From contig DHPR01000010.1 of assembly GCA_002410925.1 (NCBI GenBank), positions 30,295-94,294 of the forward strand: a DNA stretch of 64,000 nt. Reading direction: 5' to 3'. The position numbers were made by a program, and so were the translations under genes. This stretch comes from a bacterium UBP13_UBA5359. GTDB lineage: Bacteria; UBP13; UBA5359. The notes beneath the pieces are model-generated. The model was not told where the DNA came from and did not search any database. It worked only from the letters and a program-made list of their open reading frames with translations. Positions 59,368-64,000 of the stretch are shown one piece after another (positions within the stretch are counted from its first letter, which is position 1; each line of letters starts with the position of its first letter).

Positions 59368-61002
59368 TTGGATCGTTCCGAACTTATGTCCAAGAAACTG
59401 ACTGAACTGCATGCTATTGCCGAGGCGCTGCGTATCAAAAACTATCGGCGCCATCGTAAGGGAGAGTTAGTAAACATTATTATGGCCGGAGGAGAGGAAG
59501 ACTCCCCGGTAAAAAAAGCAGACGAGCAGGTGGAGAGAGATGCTTCGCAGCGCCCCAGGCGCGAACGGCCCTCGCCTTCAACGCCTACTTCCGCCCAGGG
59601 GCAACCTGCTCGGCAAACCGCGAGTGAGGTTGCTTCCACACCGGAAGCAGCTGTGGCCAAGCAAAAAGGTGCGGGCAAGTTTCCAGCTGCTACACAAAAA
59701 GGCATGCGTAAGGCATCGGCCATGCCGGAAGGAACGATTTCCACTGCTGTGCCGGAATATAATACCGCTCCGATAGCTGCTACTCCGGCACCAACCTCAG
59801 TACCAACCGTTCCGCCGGTTCCTGTTTATGAACCCGTCTATCATCATGAACCGGTAAGGGTTCTTTATGGCGAGGGCGTATTGGAAATATTGCCCGATGG
59901 ATACGGTTTTCTGCGTCGTGAGCGCTATCTTCCCGGTCCGGATGATATATATATATCCGCTACGCAGATCAAACGCTTTAACCTTAGAACCGGTGATACC
60001 GTCAACGGCCAGGTGCGTCCTCCTAAAAATACCGAACGATATCACGGTTTATTAAAGATAGAATCCATCAACGGCCATGAACCGGATGCTATGGGGCGCC
60101 GCCCACATTTCGATTATCTGACTCCGATATATCCTGACGAGCGCTTGAGATTGGAGATGGAGCCATCCGAAGTTTCCAATCGGTTGATAGATATTGTAGC
60201 CCCTATAGGGAAAGGACAGCGCGGCCTTATAGTTTCTCCTCCCAAGGCAGGTAAAACCACCTTGCTGAAGAAGATTGCAAACGGTATTGTTCATAATCAT
60301 CCCGAAGTAGTCTTATTGGTATTACTAGTGGATGAACGTCCTGAAGAGGTCACGGATATCAAGCGTTCCGTTCGCGGCGAGGTGATCAGTTCTACCTTTG
60401 ATATGCCGCCGGAAAACCATGCCCAGGTATCGGAATTATTATTGGAAAAAGCCAAACGCCTGGTAGAAGAAGGACGGGATGTGGTGGTTCTTATGGATAG
60501 TATCACCAGAATGTCCAGAGCCTATAATGTAACCATACCACCCAGCGGCAGAACACTCTCAGGAGGTCTTGATCCCAGTGCGCTCCATAAACCGAAGCGC
60601 TTCTTTGGCGCCGCTCGTAATATTGAAGAAGGCGGTAGCCTGACCGTTATTGCCACCGCTCTGGTGGATACCGGCAGCCGCATGGATGATGTTATCTTTG
60701 AAGAGTTCAAGGGCACCGGCAACATGGAACTGGTCTTAGACAGGTCCCTGGCTGAGCGCCGTATCTTCCCGGCTATAGATGTCAAACGTTCCGGAACCCG
60801 GCATGAAGAATTGCTCTTTGATCCCGACGAGCAGCGGGTTATTTGGGCACTGCGACGGTTGCTCGGCTCCTGGGGCTCAGCCGAATCCACAGAATTGCTA
60901 ACCGACAGGCTGAGAAAGACCGCCAGCAACCACGAGTTTTTACGCGTGATTGAGGAGTTCATCAAGGCAGTGGAAAAGGGTAAAAACGGATATAGCGAGT
61001 AA
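59368..61002 (+). CDS. rho: Transcription termination factor Rho with low-complexity N-terminal insertion
   Basis: Rho_N helix ([13 protein letters not shown]), about 110 aa Pro/Ala/Thr-rich insert, then RNA-binding (GYGFLR) and the RecA-like ATPase ([18 protein letters not shown]). Confidence 0.9.
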   Translation: MDRSELMSKKLTELHAIAEALRIKNYRRHRKGELVNIIMAGGEEDSPVKKADEQVERDASQRPRRERPSPSTPTSAQGQPARQTASEVASTPEAAVAKQKGAGKFPAATQKGMRKASAMPEGTISTAVPEYNTAPIAATPAPTSVPTVPPVPVYEPVYHHEPVRVLYGEGVLEILPDGYGFLRRERYLPGPDDIYISATQIKRFNLRTGDTVNGQVRPPKNTERYHGLLKIESINGHEPDAMGRRPHFDYLTPIYPDERLRLEMEPSEVSNRLIDIVAPIGKGQRGLIVSPPKAGKTTLLKKIANGIVHNHPEVVLLVLLVDERPEEVTDIKRSVRGEVISSTFDMPPENHAQVSELLLEKAKRLVEEGRDVVVLMDSITRMSRAYNVTIPPSGRTLSGGLDPSALHKPKRFFGAARNIEEGGSLTVIATALVDTGSRMDDVIFEEFKGTGNMELVLDRSLAERRIFPAIDVKRSGTRHEELLFDPDEQRVIWALRRLLGSWGSAESTELLTDRLRKTASNHEFLRVIEEFIKAVEKGKNGYSE

Positions 61003-61067
61003 AAAGAGGGTCTGGCCTCTTACAAGAGACCAGGGCTTGAAGATAACATTTTCAGGGAAGGGTAATC

Positions 61068-62150
61068 ATGAAGGTTGGCATAATCGGTTTGCCCCTATCG
61101 GGTAAATCGACTGTTTTTAATAGCCTGACAGGCGGAAATGCCGCTGTCAGGTCCTGGCAGAGCAAGAGCGAGGAGGCCAACATCGGTACCATAAAGGTGC
61201 CTGATGAACGCTTGCAACGCCTGAGTGAGATCTATACACCCAGGAAGACCACCCCGGCGGAGGTGGTATTTGTGGATATGCCCGGATTGGAAAGCGATCC
61301 TGCTTCAGCTCGCGGCCTGGATAGTGTCTTTGTGCAGCAAGTTCAGGATGTCAATGCATTTGCTCTGATTCTGCGTGCCTTTGCCGATGCCAATCTGCCC
61401 CATCCCCTTGGGCGCATCGATCCATTGGAAGATTTCAAATCCGTCATTATGGACCTTATTCTCTCCGATATGTCGGTGATTGAGCGCCGTCGCGAGCGGT
61501 TGACCCGTGATATACAGCGCGGCAAAGAAGAGGCTCGCCGAGAGATGGCCGTCATCGAGCGGTGTGCCGCTTTGCTGGAGGATGAGCAATTGCTTTATCA
61601 GCAGGAGTTTAGCGATGAAGAGAGTCGCTGGCTGCGCGGCTATCAATTTATGACTATGAAACCGTTATTGGCGGTTATAAATGTGGATGAAAATCCGGAT
61701 GATAGCTTGCTGGCGTCCCTGAAGGATTATCTCGCCGGGCGCAAGCTGCAATTTATCCAGCTTTCCGCCAGGATAGAGATGGAGATAGCTCAATTACCGG
61801 CTGAAGAGCAGGCTGAATTTTTGGAAGAGCTCGGTATCACCGTCTCTGCCAGGGATCGTTTTATCCGGGCTGCTTATGGTCTTTTGAACCTGTCATCCTT
61901 CTTTACCGTCGGCCCCGATGAAGTCAGAGCCTGGACCGTTGAAAAGAACGAGCCGGCGGTTGAGGCCGCCGGAGCCATTCACTCGGATATTTCCCGTGGC
62001 TTTATTCGGGCGGAGGTCATTGCCTATGATGATTTCATGCGCGTGGGCGGCGACATGAATGCCGCCAAAGCCCAGGGGCTGCTTCGCCTGGAAGGCAAGA
62101 CCTATCCTGTTCAGGACGGGGATATCATCAATTTCAGGTTCAACGTCTGA
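61068..62150 (+). CDS. ychF: Redox-regulated ribosome-binding ATPase YchF
   Basis: G1 motif GIIGLPLSGKST and a C-terminal TGS domain. Confidence 0.9.
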   Translation: MKVGIIGLPLSGKSTVFNSLTGGNAAVRSWQSKSEEANIGTIKVPDERLQRLSEIYTPRKTTPAEVVFVDMPGLESDPASARGLDSVFVQQVQDVNAFALILRAFADANLPHPLGRIDPLEDFKSVIMDLILSDMSVIERRRERLTRDIQRGKEEARREMAVIERCAALLEDEQLLYQQEFSDEESRWLRGYQFMTMKPLLAVINVDENPDDSLLASLKDYLAGRKLQFIQLSARIEMEIAQLPAEEQAEFLEELGITVSARDRFIRAAYGLLNLSSFFTVGPDEVRAWTVEKNEPAVEAAGAIHSDISRGFIRAEVIAYDDFMRVGGDMNAAKAQGLLRLEGKTYPVQDGDIINFRFNV

Positions 62151-62173
62151 TCTGTAAATGGTGGTGATACGGC

Positions 62174-63151
62174 ATGGGCATTCCGGAACTCCCGCGCGGG
62201 AGGAGCGCCCTCTTCACCGGCAGGCTGGGCTTTGCCGTCAAGGTGCTGGGAAAGGGCGGTCTGCCTTCACACGATACCCGGCGCTGGCAGAGCGGGCCAC
62301 ATCTGCGCGTCAGCCTGGCTTATCTGGACAGAGTTCTCGATTATCTGGACGAAAATGATATTCGCATGTACCGCATGAGCTCCGATATCGCTCCTTATCT
62401 GACCCACCCGGAACTGCTGCAATTCCATCATCAACTGGAGGAATGCGCCGCCGGTCTGGCCGCCTTAGGGGCCAAAGCCCGCCGCCTGGATATCCGGTTG
62501 AGTCTACACCCATCCCAGTTTGTGGTGCTCAATTCTACGGATGAGGAGATTGCCGCCAAGGCAGCCCGTGATCTGGAAGCCCAGTCCTCCATCCTGGATG
62601 CCATGGGTCTGGACGATGAGGCTGTGGTGGTCACTCACGTCGGCGGGCTCTACGGTGATCGCGAGGCGGCCATTAAGCGCTTCATCGCCCGTTACTCCGG
62701 GCTGGATAAGGCGGCCAAACGCCGGGTGGTGCTGGAAAACGACGAGCCTCTCTTCAGCGTAGCCGATATCCTGCGCGTTCATCAGGCCACCGGCGTCAGA
62801 CTGATATTCGATTATCTGCATCACATGCTCAACAATCCTGAAGGCCTCGCTCTGCGTCCCTCCCTGGAAGCCTGTCTCCATACCTGGCAGGACAGGGGCA
62901 GGCCGAAAATCCATTTCAGTTCACCCCGCACCGAGATGAGAGAGGTCGCTCGCAAAGAGAGCGGACGTAAACTCACGGAACTGCTGCCGCCCGATTACAC
63001 CGGCCATTCCGACTACATCAACCCCTTTGAGTTCACCCTCTTTATCGGAGAAACCACAGGCCTCGAATTCGATATAATGCTGGAAGCCAAGGCCAAGGAT
63101 CTGGCCTTGCTGAGATTGCGGGAAATTCTGTCCGCTCCGCCGGTTATCTGA
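62174..63151 (+). CDS. uvdE: UV DNA damage endonuclease
   Basis: Blocks LHPSQFVVLNS, VLENDE, FDYLHH, IHFSSPRTE and DIMLEAKAKDLALLRL are collinear with UvdE/UvsE as I recall it. Confidence 0.85.
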   Translation: MGIPELPRGRSALFTGRLGFAVKVLGKGGLPSHDTRRWQSGPHLRVSLAYLDRVLDYLDENDIRMYRMSSDIAPYLTHPELLQFHHQLEECAAGLAALGAKARRLDIRLSLHPSQFVVLNSTDEEIAAKAARDLEAQSSILDAMGLDDEAVVVTHVGGLYGDREAAIKRFIARYSGLDKAAKRRVVLENDEPLFSVADILRVHQATGVRLIFDYLHHMLNNPEGLALRPSLEACLHTWQDRGRPKIHFSSPRTEMREVARKESGRKLTELLPPDYTGHSDYINPFEFTLFIGETTGLEFDIMLEAKAKDLALLRLREILSAPPVI

Positions 63152-63279
63152 TGCCCTTTCCGTAGCACTATGAGTGTTACTTTTCGGCAACGGCAATATT
63201 CTTGCTGTTGCAGGAAATGGAAGGGCTGTTATAATATATGTTGAATTCAAAATGCCTTTGAAAGATGGAGGAGACATTG

Positions 63280-64000
63280 ATGCCAAAATCCAGAGTGCGT
63301 CTGTTTGTTGCCTATATCATTTTGCTCGGTATTATCTTCATCAGCGGAGGTTACTTGCTGGGAGGAAAACTTCCGCTCAAAACCTCTGTGTTTAACCAAT
63401 CCGCTCCGCCGCTATCGGCTCCCACAGCTGATGAAGTGGCTTCCGGCGAGGCCATATCCCGGGCAGCCGAAGCCGTCCGTCCGGCGGTGGTCAATATAGA
63501 CACCACCGTTATGGTACAGCGGCCCAGCATCAGCAATCCCTTCAATTTCTTCTTCGGCGATAGTGGGCCGTCGCGCAGAGTTCCGCAAAAAGGCCAGGGG
63601 TCAGGTGTAATAGTCCAGACAGATAAGGGCAAGCTGGTTCTGACCAATGAGCATGTCATTCACGGAGCTCAGGATATTAAGATTACGTTGCTTGACGGCA
63701 GAAAGTTCACCGGCCGAGTGACCGGCTCCGATCCCACGACCGATATTGCCGTTATCAAGATAGATGGGGATAAGCTTCCCACAGCCAGGCTGGGCAATTC
63801 TTCTAAGCTAAGACCGGGCGAATGGGCTATAGCCATCGGCAATCCGCTGGGTTTCCAGCATACCGTTACGGTGGGTGTTATCAGTGCCACCGGGCGTTCT
63901 ATGGGCGCCGAAGGTAAGCTGTATGATCACTTTATTCAGACAGATGCCTCCATCAATCCCGGCAACTCCGGCGGTCCGCTGGTCAATATCCGCGGCGAAG
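63280..64000 (+). CDS. HtrA/DegP-family trypsin-like serine protease, 3'-truncated at window edge
   Basis: Open frame from the ATG (RBS GATGGAGGAG) to the window end: N-terminal TM anchor, catalytic His (LTNEHVI), Asp (DIAVIKI) and Ser (GNSGGPL). Absent from the ORF track because no stop lies in the window. Confidence 0.8.
   Translation, partial: MPKSRVRLFVAYIILLGIIFISGGYLLGGKLPLKTSVFNQSAPPLSAPTADEVASGEAISRAAEAVRPAVVNIDTTVMVQRPSISNPFNFFFGDSGPSRRVPQKGQGSGVIVQTDKGKLVLTNEHVIHGAQDIKITLLDGRKFTGRVTGSDPTTDIAVIKIDGDKLPTARLGNSSKLRPGEWAIAIGNPLGFQHTVTVGVISATGRSMGAEGKLYDHFIQTDASINPGNSGGPLVNIRGE

Noticed and set aside
63174-63499. Plus-strand ORFs 63174..63395 and 63305..63499 from the ORF track
   Set aside because: They are out of frame with the well-supported HtrA-like reading frame that runs to the window end.

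Overview
This 64 kb window reads as an ordinary bacterial chromosomal segment, about 50% GC and densely coding, mostly on the + strand. I found no CRISPR array, transposase, integrase or prophage structural genes. The most unusual feature is a tandem array of six GsiB-like KGG-repeat hydrophilin genes (47.5-49.3 kb) that appears co-transcribed with a RimK-like ATP-grasp ligase.

Gene content in order:
- 0-7 kb: small-molecule metabolism (amidohydrolase, cyclase, M20 peptidase, rpiB, glyA, dCMP deaminase) and cell-wall glycopolymer genes (WecA/TagO-like transferase, UDP-GlcNAc 2-epimerase).
- 7.3-8.9 kb: universal stress protein and two RCK/TrkA-domain genes.
- 8.9-17.6 kb: a complete V/A-type ATPase operon in the order H-I-K-E-C-F-A-B-D, whose proteolipid retains the Na+-binding motifs.
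- 17.9-29.9 kb: a putative glycan-utilisation locus (GntR/LacI-hybrid regulator, DUF1559-like prepilin protein, secreted LamG proteins, two paralogous DUF4091-like proteins, GH130 phosphorylase).
- 30.5-39.3 kb: YqeK, an LCP protein, a GAF/HisKA_2 kinase with ANTAR response regulator, a chromosomal Rad52-family protein, and a partner-switching module (two STAS proteins plus a GAF-PP2C phosphatase).
- 39.5-45.8 kb: an R3H-AAA ATPase, tmk-holB-ricT, a DUF378 gene, tRNA-Leu(CAG), a SAM methyltransferase and a small membrane protein.
- 45.8-55.4 kb: a divergent ClpP paralog with a 25-bp perfect palindrome over its promoter, the ATP-grasp/KGG array, then a polysaccharide deacetylase, UbiB/ABC1 kinase, BON protein, metallophosphoesterase and PBP1A.
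- 55.8-64 kb: guaB-like/guaA/hpt behind a long leader, rho with a disordered insertion, ychF, uvdE, and a 3'-truncated HtrA protease not in the ORF track.

All calls rest on motif recognition from the translated ORFs; no database search was run. CDS coordinates follow the ORF track with start codons adjusted where an RBS supports it. Non-CDS coordinates were counted by hand and may be off by 1-3 nt.
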